This document shows positions 9,862 through 19,110 of a stretch of DNA of 32,000 nt, piece by piece. Source of the DNA: Desulfocapsa sulfexigens DSM 10523 (GTDB lineage Bacteria > Desulfobacterota > Desulfobulbia > Desulfobulbales > Desulfocapsaceae); NCBI RefSeq assembly GCF_000341395.1, contig NC_020304.1, positions 1,950,001 to 1,982,000 of the forward strand, read 5' to 3'. Made by a program: the position numbers and the translations under genes. Below the pieces are notes generated by a model that saw only the letters and a program-made list of their open reading frames with translations, ran no database searches and was not told the DNA's origin. Each line of letters opens with the position of its first letter. The stretch's first letter is position 1.

Positions 9862-10689
9862 TTAGTTACCCGTTTTCCACCAGATCAACGCCCAGCGCGA
9901 CGGGAATTGCCTGTTTATTGTTATCTCACCACTGTCCGCCAACCTGCTGTTGTCCTGAATATATTTTGCTAGTTTACGCTCGTCTTCTCTTGTGAGATCT
10001 TTGAACATCCAGCGGTACGATTCTAGGGCCGTGTCCACGGAAGAGAACGTGACTGTTTTTTCCAGGCTAATGACGTCAACATTGGGGTGGATGCCCATGG
10101 AGTAAAGGGTGTTTATCGTATAAATATAGTCGGGACCGGATCGAAAGGGTCGGCCAAGGGCTGTGAAGGCGCCATTATCAAAGGGGGTGGGATTGATACG
10201 GTCAACAACAAAAACAGAGTCACTGGCATAGTCGTTGAGTTTGGCAAGAGCGCTCTGGAGGTTGGCAACGCTCAGAGAGCGTGAGGCAATGCAGATATCG
10301 TGTCTTTCAATGTTCAGCTTTTCCCAGTCATCCTCCCATGAACCAAGCACCGTCCTGATGTTGGTGCTGCCCTGTTCCCGTGCCAGATCGTTTAGGGTTG
10401 CAAGCATTCCTTCGGAGTAGTCAATAGCTGTAATCGAATCTACCCTGGAAGCTAATGGCAGAGACAGGGTTCCTGGACCAGATCCGGCATCGAGGATTGT
10501 GGTGCTTTTGGTGACGGGGATATGCTGAAGAACACGATTCACAAAAGGGGAATCACTGTTTCTTTTTGCAAAGGAAATAGCTTTTTTGTCCCAGTCTGCC
10601 GGACCCTTGGCTGTCCAGGACTTCTGGGCCCTGGCATTTTGCCAAAGCGTATGCCAGTCAAGGTCATCGTATGTTATTTCAGGATGCAT
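9862..10689 (-). CDS. SAM-dependent class I methyltransferase
   Basis: TTILDAGSGPGTLSLPLASRVDSITAIDYSEGMLATLNDLA is motif I and following; post-motifs SRSLSVANLQSALAKLN and VDRINP. ORF start trimmed from 11022 to ATG 10689 because the upstream extension overlaps rpmH and is not domain-like. Confidence 0.8.
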   Translation of the reverse strand: MHPEITYDDLDWHTLWQNARAQKSWTAKGPADWDKKAISFAKRNSDSPFVNRVLQHIPVTKSTTILDAGSGPGTLSLPLASRVDSITAIDYSEGMLATLNDLAREQGSTNIRTVLGSWEDDWEKLNIERHDICIASRSLSVANLQSALAKLNDYASDSVFVVDRINPTPFDNGAFTALGRPFRSGPDYIYTINTLYSMGIHPNVDVISLEKTVTFSSVDTALESYRWMFKDLTREDERKLAKYIQDNSRLADSGEITINRQFPSRWALIWWKTGN

Positions 10690-10971
10690 GAATTGTTTCT
10701 TCACCTTCAACGTTAAACTAAAAAAACCCTCCGGGAGATTAGCACAGGCAAAATGCTTGTGCAAGGTATCGCGGAAAAAGTTTGACAGTTTTCGGGCAAT
10801 ATGGTTAATGTTACCTCTTTGTTGATTTTGAGTCCCTGCGAATAGTTGAGGTTCAGTGACAAGGTTGTGCAGGGCAAAGTATCCGGGAATGACAACGAAT
10901 CTCTGTTTCTTGAATAAATACCCGGTTTTAAATGTGAATAATCCGCAGTCTTTGCGGACAAGGAGTAAGTG

Positions 10972-11109
<138 letters not shown>

Positions 11110-11115
11110 TTAACG

Positions 11116-11448
11116 TTGCCGAGGTGTAAACTCCCGAAAACTGCTCTACTTCGTAAGGGCCGGGAGTTTGATAGGGTGTATCAGCGAGGTATACGGCGAC
11201 ATCATAAAGGGTTCAGCTTGATCTTTTGTCCCAATGAGTTGGGATATAATAGAATTGGAATCAGTATTCATCGAAAGCTGAAAGGGGCGGTTAAACGTAA
11301 CAGGATAAAGCGGATTGTTCGTGAATCGTTTCGTTTAGAAAGATCGCTTTACCCCGTTTGTGCTGATATTGTTTTCGCTGTTCGCCCTGATTTTTCCCTG
11401 ACATCTCCAGCCGAGATTAGTTCCACCGTAACAGAACTTGGAACGTGA
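11116..11448 (+). CDS. rnpA: Ribonuclease P protein component
   Basis: [22 protein letters not shown]...[29 protein letters not shown] is the RnpA signature; likely TTG start at 11116. Confidence 0.93.
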   Translation: MPRCKLPKTALLRKGREFDRVYQRGIRRHHKGFSLIFCPNELGYNRIGISIHRKLKGAVKRNRIKRIVRESFRLERSLYPVCADIVFAVRPDFSLTSPAEISSTVTELGT

Positions 11449-11501
11449 AGCATGTGCAATTCCTGGATAACTACCTGTATATTTTCTTTTTTGTTTCTTC
11501 A

Positions 11502-11813
11502 ATGAAGATTCGTTCATTGATCCAAAAGATCCCCCTTGGTCTGATTCGGGGCTACCGGTATATCATTTCTCCGCTTCTTCCTCCCAGTTGTCGTTTTACC
11601 CCTACCTGCTCCTGCTATGCAATTGAGGCCATAGAATCACATGGTACATTGCGGGGCCTTCTGCTCTCACTTGGTCGAATATTGCGTTGTCATCCGTTTT
11701 GTCGGGGGGGCTATGATCCTGTTCCGCCTGCCAAAGGCGATGGGAAAGCCACCAGGAACAGTGTGATGGGGCAGAAAACAGCAGACACACAAGATGCATT
11801 ACTTAGGCGTTGA
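11502..11813 (+). CDS. yidD: Membrane protein insertion efficiency factor YidD
   Basis: [64 protein letters not shown]; between rnpA and yidC. Start at the internal ATG is assumed (track ORF begins at 11445). Confidence 0.92.
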   Translation: MKIRSLIQKIPLGLIRGYRYIISPLLPPSCRFTPTCSCYAIEAIESHGTLRGLLLSLGRILRCHPFCRGGYDPVPPAKGDGKATRNSVMGQKTADTQDALLRR

Positions 11814-11856
11814 TGCTATGGCGTCCTTTTTTTCTTTTTTCTAATGTGGTAAAAGT

Positions 11857-13509
11857 ATGGATATTTATAGAACATTTTTAGCGATCATTCTTTCCTTTGT
11901 AATACTCATCGGCTACCAGTACTTCTTTGTGGGGTTTGGCCCTTCCGAAGTTTCCCTTGAAGAGAGTGCAGTCCAGAAAGAATCGGTAGCAACTGAATCC
12001 TCGGTACCCCAGAAAGCGGCAATTACTGCGACACCTGCTACCATGTCAGCGGACGTGCAGAGCATGGTACGTCCAGAGAGGGATGCTCAAACAATAGTTG
12101 TGGATACTGATCTTTATACCGCATCACTGAGTGAAGATGGTGGATCCGTTACAAGCTTTATTCTCAAGGATTATAGAGAAACCTTAGCCGAGGCTTCACT
12201 GGGAATGGAAATGGTGAAGGTAGATGGCACTGAAGGCTTCCCCCTTGAGTTTTCCTGGGGCAGTGTGGCCACGACTGGCACCTTTTATGATGCCGGCGGC
12301 AGTGGTGTAACCTTTCAGGGAAATACCGGTAAGCTGGTGATGAAGGGGCGAGGAAACGGACTCGAGTTAGTACGGGAGTATGTCTTTTCGAAAGACAGCT
12401 ACCTCATGGAGCTGAAAGTCAGGGTCAAAAATGTCTCTTCCGGTGTTCTCCAGGGAAATGCTGCCCTTCATCAGTCTAACACGCCATTTAGGGAAACAGG
12501 GCCAGGAAGTCAGTTTCTCTTTATCGGTCCTGCCTATTTCATGAACGAATCTCTGACAGAAGTGGATTCTGACCTCTACGAATCCGGTCCTGGTACTGTC
12601 TCCGGTCAAATGGATTGGGCAGGATATGAGGGGACCTACTTTATCTGTGCCATTCTGCCACAGGACAAGAGTGCAACTTCACTGACTATGGCATCATTTG
12701 GTGAGGATGGTGTCAAAATGCAGATGAACAGCGATCTTGATACGCTCCAACCGGGAGAAGAGAAGGTGTACAGTTATAAACTTTTCTTTGGTCCTAAAAA
12801 ACTTGATGTTTTAAAATCAATTGGCTCAAATTTAAATAAAGCCGTCAACTTTGGCTGGTTTGATGTGATTGCTCAACCCACGCTCTACCTCCTTAATTTC
12901 TTTTATGGAATTGTTAAGAATTACGGTATTGCCATTATTCTGGTGACCATCATTTTCAAGGCAATTTTCTGGCCCATCACTCAAAAGGGCCTGAAGTCTA
13001 TGAAAAATATGCAGAAACTGCAGCCGAAAATGGCAAAGCTCAAAGAAAAATATAAGGGTGATCCTACAAAGATGAATCAGGAGGTAATGAACCTGTATAA
13101 AACCTATAAGGTAAATCCACTCGGTGGTTGTTTACCCATGGTTTTACAGATTCCTGTTTTCTTTGCCCTGTATAAGGTCCTCCTTATGTGTATCGAGTTA
13201 CGCCATGCACCTTTTATGCTCTGGATTACAGATCTTTCCGCTCCGGATCGACTGTTTATCGGCATCGATATTCCCTATGTGGGAGGAATTCCGGTTCTCA
13301 CCCTGTTGATGGGTGGATCCATGTTTTTGCAGCAGAAGATGACACCAACCACGGCTGATCCTACTCAGGCCAAAATTATGATGTTTCTGCCTGTCCTGTT
13401 TACTTTTATGTTTATTAATTTCGCTTCTGGTCTGGTGCTTTACTGGTTCGTCAATAACCTGCTTGCCATTTTCCAGCAGCAGATGATTAATCGCCAGAAA
13501 AAGGCTTAA
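11857..13509 (+). CDS. yidC: Membrane protein insertase YidC
   Basis: N-terminal TM (TFLAIILSFVILIGYQYFF), large periplasmic domain, and C-terminal 60K/OxaA domain (YGIAIILVTIIFKAIFWPITQKGLKSMKNMQKLQPKMAKLKEKYKGD; LPVLFTFMFINFASGLVLYWFVNNLLAIFQQ). Confidence 0.97.
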   Translation: MDIYRTFLAIILSFVILIGYQYFFVGFGPSEVSLEESAVQKESVATESSVPQKAAITATPATMSADVQSMVRPERDAQTIVVDTDLYTASLSEDGGSVTSFILKDYRETLAEASLGMEMVKVDGTEGFPLEFSWGSVATTGTFYDAGGSGVTFQGNTGKLVMKGRGNGLELVREYVFSKDSYLMELKVRVKNVSSGVLQGNAALHQSNTPFRETGPGSQFLFIGPAYFMNESLTEVDSDLYESGPGTVSGQMDWAGYEGTYFICAILPQDKSATSLTMASFGEDGVKMQMNSDLDTLQPGEEKVYSYKLFFGPKKLDVLKSIGSNLNKAVNFGWFDVIAQPTLYLLNFFYGIVKNYGIAIILVTIIFKAIFWPITQKGLKSMKNMQKLQPKMAKLKEKYKGDPTKMNQEVMNLYKTYKVNPLGGCLPMVLQIPVFFALYKVLLMCIELRHAPFMLWITDLSAPDRLFIGIDIPYVGGIPVLTLLMGGSMFLQQKMTPTTADPTQAKIMMFLPVLFTFMFINFASGLVLYWFVNNLLAIFQQQMINRQKKA

Positions 13510-13530
13510 CTTTTTTTATGTCAGCTTTAC

Positions 13531-13563
13531 TGAGACCCGTAGTCTGTAGCACCGGGTCTTTTT
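13531..13563 (+). terminator. Candidate intrinsic terminator/attenuator between yidC and jag
   Basis: AGACCCG (13533-13539) / CGGGTCT (13553-13559) stem followed by a short T run (TTTTT). Confidence 0.6.
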
Positions 13564-13597
13564 AAGACTGACGATTCCTGCAAGGATGAAATAAAAT

Positions 13598-14542
13598 ATG
13601 TCTGCAGCAAAAATAGATTTTTACGGCAAAGAAGTAACCGATGCCATTGAAAAAGCCTGCGATACCCTGCGGGTGCCTCAGGAAGAACTTGACATTGAGG
13701 TTGTGGAGACTGGTTCTCTTGGTATTTTTGGGCTTATTCGTAAGAAGGCCCATATTCGTGCAGTTGTGAAGGGGCTCGGGATTATTTCTGATGCTGGGGT
13801 ACAGGAAGAAAAGCACGAGGTCTCAGCTCCTGTAAAACCTTCCAGGGCGAAAGCTAAGGTAAAAGCCCAGAAAACTGCAGCACCGGAGAAGGTCACTGTT
13901 GCTGCTGAAACGAATGAAAATGAAACGATTGTAGAAGCAGTTGCGAAAGAAGAGGTAAAAAAGCAGTCTGCACCCGAAAAAACTCCAGTTGAAATTCAGC
14001 CCGAGAGTGTGGAGTTTGTCAGGCTGCAACTGGAAGAACTTTTAAAGTTAATGGCATTTCCTTCCGAGGTTACGGCAGAACTGGAAGACGGGACGATACG
14101 TTGTCAGGTTGGTGATGAGTATGAGGAGGCACTGACTGGGCAGGATGGAAAAATAATAGATTCACTCCAGTACCTTCTTCGGAAACTTGCAGCACGGCAT
14201 GTTGAAGAAAAAATTCATCTTTCTATTGATGTTGGAGAATTTCGTGAGAAGCGTAAAGTCGAACTGATGGAACGGGCAAAAGAGCTCGCTGCTTTGGTTA
14301 AGGAAGATGGGAAAACCCAGGCCATCCCGCCGTTGAATCCTTCTGAACGCCGTATAGTTCATGTTGCCCTTCAGGAAGATAAGGATATTCGTTCACGGAG
14401 TGTTGGGGATGGATTGTTCAAGAAAATTCTTATCTATAAGCCCGGTAAAGGAAAACCTCCTGGCACTGGAAAGCGTGGCGGGAGAGGTAGGCGTGGTAAG
14501 GCTGGTAGTGGGCAGAAACCGCAAGAGAGTAATGACTCTTAA
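13598..14542 (+). CDS. jag: Jag/KhpB-family RNA-binding protein (Jag_N, KH, R3H)
   Basis: KIDFYGKEVTDAIEKACDTLRVPQEELDIEVVETGSLGIFGLIRKKAHIRAVV (Jag_N), a central linker, KH-like GKDGQIIDSLQYLLRKL and R3H PLNPSERRIVHVALQEDKDIRSRSVGDG. Confidence 0.9.
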   Translation: MSAAKIDFYGKEVTDAIEKACDTLRVPQEELDIEVVETGSLGIFGLIRKKAHIRAVVKGLGIISDAGVQEEKHEVSAPVKPSRAKAKVKAQKTAAPEKVTVAAETNENETIVEAVAKEEVKKQSAPEKTPVEIQPESVEFVRLQLEELLKLMAFPSEVTAELEDGTIRCQVGDEYEEALTGQDGKIIDSLQYLLRKLAARHVEEKIHLSIDVGEFREKRKVELMERAKELAALVKEDGKTQAIPPLNPSERRIVHVALQEDKDIRSRSVGDGLFKKILIYKPGKGKPPGTGKRGGRGRRGKAGSGQKPQESNDS

Positions 14543-14564
14543 GTGATTCTTCTTGAAAAATCTC

Positions 14565-15950
14565 ATGGATAGCAGAGATACCATTGGTGCCATTTCCACC
14601 CCACCTGGATCTGGGGGGATAGGTATTATCCGTATGAGCGGGCCTGATGCCCTTGCTCACCTGAAAGCTGTTTTTCAGCCCCTCAGTAAAACATGTTCTT
14701 TTGAAAGCCATCGCCTCTATTATGGCCGTGTTGTTCATCCCGACGATAAAAAAAATCTTGATGAGGTGCTGGCCGTTTTTATGGCAGCACCAAAAACCTA
14801 TACTCGAGAAGATGTTGTCGAAATTCATTGTCATGGAAATTTTCTTGTACTGCAGTCCATCCTGGAATTGCTGCTAAATCTTGGCGTTCGCCTCGCTGCC
14901 CCTGGAGAATTCACTAAACTTGCTTATTTGAATGGACGGATAGATCTGACACAGGCTGAAGCCGTTATTGATATTCTGTCAGCCAGAACGCGAAAAGGCA
15001 TGGATATGGCCCTTGATCAGCTTGGCGGGGCTTTGTACAAAGAAGTTGACGCTATTCGTACTTCCCTTGTGCAGATGCGTGCTGTAGTAGAGGTTGCTAT
15101 TGATTTTCCCGATGAGGATGTCGAGATTGTAAACTACGCGTCTCTTCTCAAACAAGTTCGCAATGAAGTTCTCATTCCTCTTGAAAAACTGCTTCGTCAG
15201 GCAGAGGCCGGGAAAATATTCCGTGACGGCATCTCTGTGGTCATAGTGGGACTGCCTAATGTGGGAAAATCCAGTCTGCTCAATACTCTGCTGCAGGAAG
15301 AACGTGCCCTCGTAACAGCCATTCCCGGCACCACCCGTGATACCATCGAAGAGTATCTTGATATACAGGGGGTTCCCGTACGTATTGTGGATACCGCCGG
15401 TATCCGGAGTGAAGCTGATGAAGTTGAAAAGCTAGGGATTGAGCGTGCCAGGAAACAGATAGACCAGGCAGATCTCGTCCTTTTTATGGTTGATGGCAGC
15501 AGGGGCATCCAGGCAGAGGACCGGCAACTGTTTGAGACCGTGAATCATAAGCCTTTGCTTGTAGTTTCCAATAAGAGTGACTTGACCTCCACGATAATTG
15601 AAACAGGCGATTTAGGTTTTCAGGGCGACATTCATTCCTGCATTTACATTTCTGCGAAGAAACAGCAGGGTATTGAAGAATTGAAAGATGCGATCTTCAC
15701 AAATGTTGTTGGTGGAAAGGATCAGTGGCAGGAAGAAGGATGCGTACCGAATATCAGGCACAAAGCTGCTCTTTTGAATGCAAAAGAGTCCGTGGTGAGA
15801 CTTGGAGAGGGGCTTGCCATGGAAGCGACCAGTGATCTGCTTGCCATTGATCTGCAGGATTCCCTGGAGCAACTTAATGATATCGTAGGGATTACGACGA
15901 CAGAAGATGTTCTTGACGTCATCTTTGAACAGTTTTGCCTGGGGAAGTAA
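14565..15950 (+). CDS. mnmE: tRNA uridine-5-carboxymethylaminomethyl(34) synthesis GTPase MnmE
   Basis: DTIGAISTPPGSGGIGIIRMSG, VVIVGLPNVGKSSLLNTLLQEERALVTAIPGTTRDTIEE and C-terminal IFEQFCLGK. Start at ATG 14565 assumed (track has TTG 14553). Confidence 0.97.
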   Translation: MDSRDTIGAISTPPGSGGIGIIRMSGPDALAHLKAVFQPLSKTCSFESHRLYYGRVVHPDDKKNLDEVLAVFMAAPKTYTREDVVEIHCHGNFLVLQSILELLLNLGVRLAAPGEFTKLAYLNGRIDLTQAEAVIDILSARTRKGMDMALDQLGGALYKEVDAIRTSLVQMRAVVEVAIDFPDEDVEIVNYASLLKQVRNEVLIPLEKLLRQAEAGKIFRDGISVVIVGLPNVGKSSLLNTLLQEERALVTAIPGTTRDTIEEYLDIQGVPVRIVDTAGIRSEADEVEKLGIERARKQIDQADLVLFMVDGSRGIQAEDRQLFETVNHKPLLVVSNKSDLTSTIIETGDLGFQGDIHSCIYISAKKQQGIEELKDAIFTNVVGGKDQWQEEGCVPNIRHKAALLNAKESVVRLGEGLAMEATSDLLAIDLQDSLEQLNDIVGITTTEDVLDVIFEQFCLGK

Positions 15951-15953
15951 GCG

Positions 15954-16982
15954 TTGCAGAAGCTGAAAGTTGCAGTCAATGGCTTTGGCCGTATAGGACG
16001 CTGTGTCATACGTGCAATTTATGAGCGGAACCTGCATGCTAGTGTGGATGTTGTCGCTATTAATGAACTGGCGGACACTGAAACCATGGCCTACATGCTG
16101 CGTTATGACAGCACCCATGGAAGATTCTTTCGTGAGGTCTCGGTTGCAGGCGATTTTTTAAGCGTCGATGGTAACGCTATTCGGATTCTGCACCACGAAT
16201 CTCTCGGGCAGCTTCCCTGGGGTGAGTATGAGGTTGATCTGGTACTCGATTGTACCGGTCGCTATAAAAAAAAGTGCGACCTTGAAGTTCATCTGAATCG
16301 GGGAGCAAAAAAAGTTCTCTTGAGTCAACCGGGTGCCGGGGTTGATTTCACCCTGATTGCAGGCCTTAATCAGGATCTCTTGCAGCCAGAACACAGCATC
16401 ATCTCTCTTGGTTCCTGTTCAACGAATTGCATTCTGCCACTCTTCTCTCTGCTGGATAAAGAATTTGGTATAAAGCGGGGAGTTACAACTACAATTCATT
16501 CCGCTATGAACGATCAGCCTGTGATTGATGCCTATAGCAGTGATCTGCGGCGTACCAGGGCTGCAGTTGCCAGTATTATTCCGGTGAACACAGCACTTGC
16601 AAGGGGGATTTCCCGATTGATGCCCCACCTTCATGGCCGTATTGAAAGCCTGCACCTGCGTGTACCCACCTTAAATGTTTCGGTTATGGATTTGAGTTTG
16701 CAGGTAAAGAAAGATATCAGTGCTGAACAGGTGAACGTGTTGATTGAAAAAGCAAGCTCCGGGTGTTTGCGTGAGATTATAGGGTTTACCAGAGAGCCAC
16801 ACGCTTCGGTGGACTTTAATCACGATGCTCGCAGTGGGATTGTAGACGCCTCACAGACCCGGGTAAGTGGTCGGCGTCTGCTGAAGATGCTGGTATGGTT
16901 CGATAATGAGTGGGGCTTTGCAAATCGTATGGTGGATGCCTTGGAGAATCCTCACCTCCTGTCTGGATTGATTGAATCCTGA
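15954..16982 (+). CDS. Glyceraldehyde-3-phosphate dehydrogenase superfamily, erythrose-4-phosphate dehydrogenase (Epd)-like
   Basis: KVAVNGFGRIGRCVIRAIYERN (NAD binding); Epd-like INELADTETMAYMLRYDSTHGRF, GSCSTNC (active site), TTIHSAMNDQPVIDAYSSDLRRTRAA, SVDFNHD and WFDNEWGFANRMVD. TTG start. Confidence 0.85.
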   Translation: MQKLKVAVNGFGRIGRCVIRAIYERNLHASVDVVAINELADTETMAYMLRYDSTHGRFFREVSVAGDFLSVDGNAIRILHHESLGQLPWGEYEVDLVLDCTGRYKKKCDLEVHLNRGAKKVLLSQPGAGVDFTLIAGLNQDLLQPEHSIISLGSCSTNCILPLFSLLDKEFGIKRGVTTTIHSAMNDQPVIDAYSSDLRRTRAAVASIIPVNTALARGISRLMPHLHGRIESLHLRVPTLNVSVMDLSLQVKKDISAEQVNVLIEKASSGCLREIIGFTREPHASVDFNHDARSGIVDASQTRVSGRRLLKMLVWFDNEWGFANRMVDALENPHLLSGLIES

Positions 16983-17043
16983 CCCTGTTACTAATTTCCG
17001 TTTTTCTTCAAATATGTCGAGTGAGCATTTCGGAGTGTGCTGT

Positions 17044-17703
17044 TCAAGCGGTTGTCAGTTTTAGGACCTCCTGAACGAGACGATCGACACCATCACCTAT
17101 CTGATCTACTCGCGAATCAAGCATATAGCAGGGCGTGCTTACTACCTTGTGCTCAGTGTCCACGACTATTTCTCCATGCAAGGTTGTTGTATGATGTGCT
17201 CCCATGGTTTCAATATTGCGAGCGGTGGCGGGGTCCTGACCAACAGTAACGCGCACCTGATTGAGTAGTTTGGCGAGAATAACCGGAGCAATGCAGAGGG
17301 CACCGATGGGTTTTTTGTCTTCGAACATGGCGATAATTGCTTTTTTCACATCTGTGTTGATCGAGCAATCCGGTCCGTCAAAGGCGTAGCTGGAGAGGTT
17401 TTTTGCAGCTCCAAGGCCACCAGGGATGATGATGGCGTCATGGGCAGCAGCATCAAAATCACTGAGGTCACGAACAGCTCCCCTTGCTATGCGGGCGGAC
17501 TCAATGAGTACATTTCGCTGTTCGGTCATCTCCTGTCCAGTGATGTGGTTGAGTACGTGGTGTTGGGTGATATTTGGAGCGTAACATTGATAATCTGCTC
17601 CATTCTTGTGAATGGCCCAGAGGGTGAGCGTGGCTTCGTGAATTTCAGATCCATCACGATTGCCACAGCCTGAGAGGATTACAGCGATAGATTTTTTGCT
17701 CAT
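17044..17703 (-). CDS. elbB: ElbB/ES1-family isoprenoid biosynthesis glyoxalase-like protein (DJ-1/PfpI superfamily)
   Basis: IAVILSGCGNRDGSEIHEATLTLWAI, AIIIPGGLGAAKNLSSYA, GALCIAPVILAKL and HTTTLHGEIVVDTEHKVVSTPCYM. Confidence 0.88.
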   Translation of the reverse strand: MSKKSIAVILSGCGNRDGSEIHEATLTLWAIHKNGADYQCYAPNITQHHVLNHITGQEMTEQRNVLIESARIARGAVRDLSDFDAAAHDAIIIPGGLGAAKNLSSYAFDGPDCSINTDVKKAIIAMFEDKKPIGALCIAPVILAKLLNQVRVTVGQDPATARNIETMGAHHTTTLHGEIVVDTEHKVVSTPCYMLDSRVDQIGDGVDRLVQEVLKLTTA

Positions 17704-17726
17704 GGCATTACCTGGAATGATTTGAA

Positions 17727-18251
17727 TTACATGTTGAGGTGGTAGATTGCCTGAAGATTTCTATATTTTTCATCAAAATCAAGGCCATATCCGATAAGAA
17801 ATCCTTGAGAAATTGCAAACCCGGCATAGTCGATGGTGACCTCATGCTCCCTGCGCTCCGACTTGTCAATGAGTGAGCAGATCTTTACAGAAGCAGCACC
17901 CTCCTCACTGAAATGGTTAGCCAGCCACTGCATGGTGAGACCAGTATCGATAATATCTTCAACGAGAAGGACATGCCTGTTTTCTATGGACTGAGCGGGG
18001 CTGGATACCAGAGTGATTTTACCAGTGGAAGAGGAACTCCCACCGTAAGAGGAAACCTGGATAAAATCAGCAGATAGATTAAGATCGATCTCCCTTATCA
18101 GGTCTGCCATAAAGATAAAGGCACCTTTCAGGACACCGATAACAACAAGCTCTTTATCCTGGTAGTCTTTGCTGATTTCCTGGCCGAGTTCTCTGATTCG
18201 ATCATGGATTGCCTGTTTGCTGAGCACGATTTCTTTATTTGAGTAGTCCAT
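17727..18251 (-). CDS. hpt: Hypoxanthine phosphoribosyltransferase
   Basis: VVIGVLKGAFIFMADLIREI, VSSYGGSSSSTGKI and VLLVEDIIDTGLTMQWL (PRPP-binding loop). Confidence 0.93.
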   Translation of the reverse strand: MDYSNKEIVLSKQAIHDRIRELGQEISKDYQDKELVVIGVLKGAFIFMADLIREIDLNLSADFIQVSSYGGSSSSTGKITLVSSPAQSIENRHVLLVEDIIDTGLTMQWLANHFSEEGAASVKICSLIDKSERREHEVTIDYAGFAISQGFLIGYGLDFDEKYRNLQAIYHLNM

Positions 18252-18396
18252 GGGGTTTTGTAAAGTCTGTAGAATGGTGATACGTTAGCGTATGAAAATT
18301 AATGTGTCACTATTCAGTAAGTTTTCGCCAAAGTCAAGAGAAAGGAATGCAAAATTGGTTCTGTCGGAATTTGAAAGATGCGCAGGCTTCACCCTG

Positions 18397-18425
18397 TTGA
18401 CAAATCAATCCTCTTAAAGTAGATT
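18397..18425 (+). promoter_or_regulatory. Candidate sigma70-type promoter upstream of the HdrC-like/MvhD/MetV cluster
   Basis: TTGACA (18397-18402), 17-nt spacer, TAGATT (18420-18425). Confidence 0.45.
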
Positions 18426-18513
18426 ATAAATTTCATTTATGGAATGTATCAGTTAACGTGGTGATTGCAATTACTGTCACCGTTTGAACCTTTTACAAGT
18501 TACGAGTTTATTC

Positions 18514-19077
18514 ATGGGAAAGTCATCTACTACACTTAATCCGGCATTTAATGGGGAAGTGACCTCGCTTCCGGGCGGAGAACATCTCAACAGTTGTTTT
18601 GCCTGCGGTGCATGCAGCGGAATATGTCCTGTCTCCCAGGCTATTCCTGAATTTGATCCGCGCAAAATTATTCATATGATTCGAATGGGTATGAAGGAGC
18701 GTCTGCTCACTTCAGACATGCTCTGGTACTGTTCAGGATGCCGTTCCTGTGTGTTTGTCTGTCCTCAGGATGTTAGTTTTGCTGATATCATGGGTGCTGT
18801 GAGTAAGCTTGCCTTAAGAGAAGGCTATGTAAGCGAAGAGACACTGATCGAAAAAGGTAAAGCGGCCAAGGTTGAACGTGACCTCTGCGTGGCCTGTCTC
18901 ACCTGTGTTCGCTCCTGCCCATGGGAGATTCCCAAGATTGATTTCCTTGGTGTGGCTACCATTGATGCTGAAAAATGTCGTGCCTGTGGGATCTGTGTAG
19001 AAGAATGCCCTGCTAACGCTATTACTTTGAATGAATCTCAGGATGAACGGCTCATCGCCGCCTGTGGAATAAAATAA
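18514..19077 (+). CDS. HdrC-like Fe-S protein fused to a 2[4Fe-4S] ferredoxin domain
   Basis: CFACGACSGICP and CSGCRSCVFVCP (HdrC pair), then CVACLTCVRSCP and CRACGICVEECP (bacterial ferredoxin pair). Start taken at MGKSSTTLNP. Confidence 0.85.
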   Translation: MGKSSTTLNPAFNGEVTSLPGGEHLNSCFACGACSGICPVSQAIPEFDPRKIIHMIRMGMKERLLTSDMLWYCSGCRSCVFVCPQDVSFADIMGAVSKLALREGYVSEETLIEKGKAAKVERDLCVACLTCVRSCPWEIPKIDFLGVATIDAEKCRACGICVEECPANAITLNESQDERLIAACGIK

Positions 19078-19110
19078 AATCTAAAAAAGTTTTGAAAGAA
19101 GAGGATAGTG

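Noticed and set aside
10705-10735. CTCCGGGAG palindrome next to an A-run, considered as a terminator before the methyltransferase
   Set aside because: The stem would be only ~3 bp with a minimal loop; not credible.
10925-10945. Possible DnaA box (TGTGAATAA, reverse complement of TTATTCACA) near rpmH, suggesting oriC
   Set aside because: Only one isolated match, with no dnaA/dnaN and no box cluster; insufficient for an origin.
14430-14834. 134-aa minus-strand ORF over the jag/mnmE junction
   Set aside because: Antisense to two strongly supported genes.
15612-16118. 168-aa minus-strand ORF over mnmE and the Epd-like gene
   Set aside because: Antisense to conserved genes; no recognisable domain.
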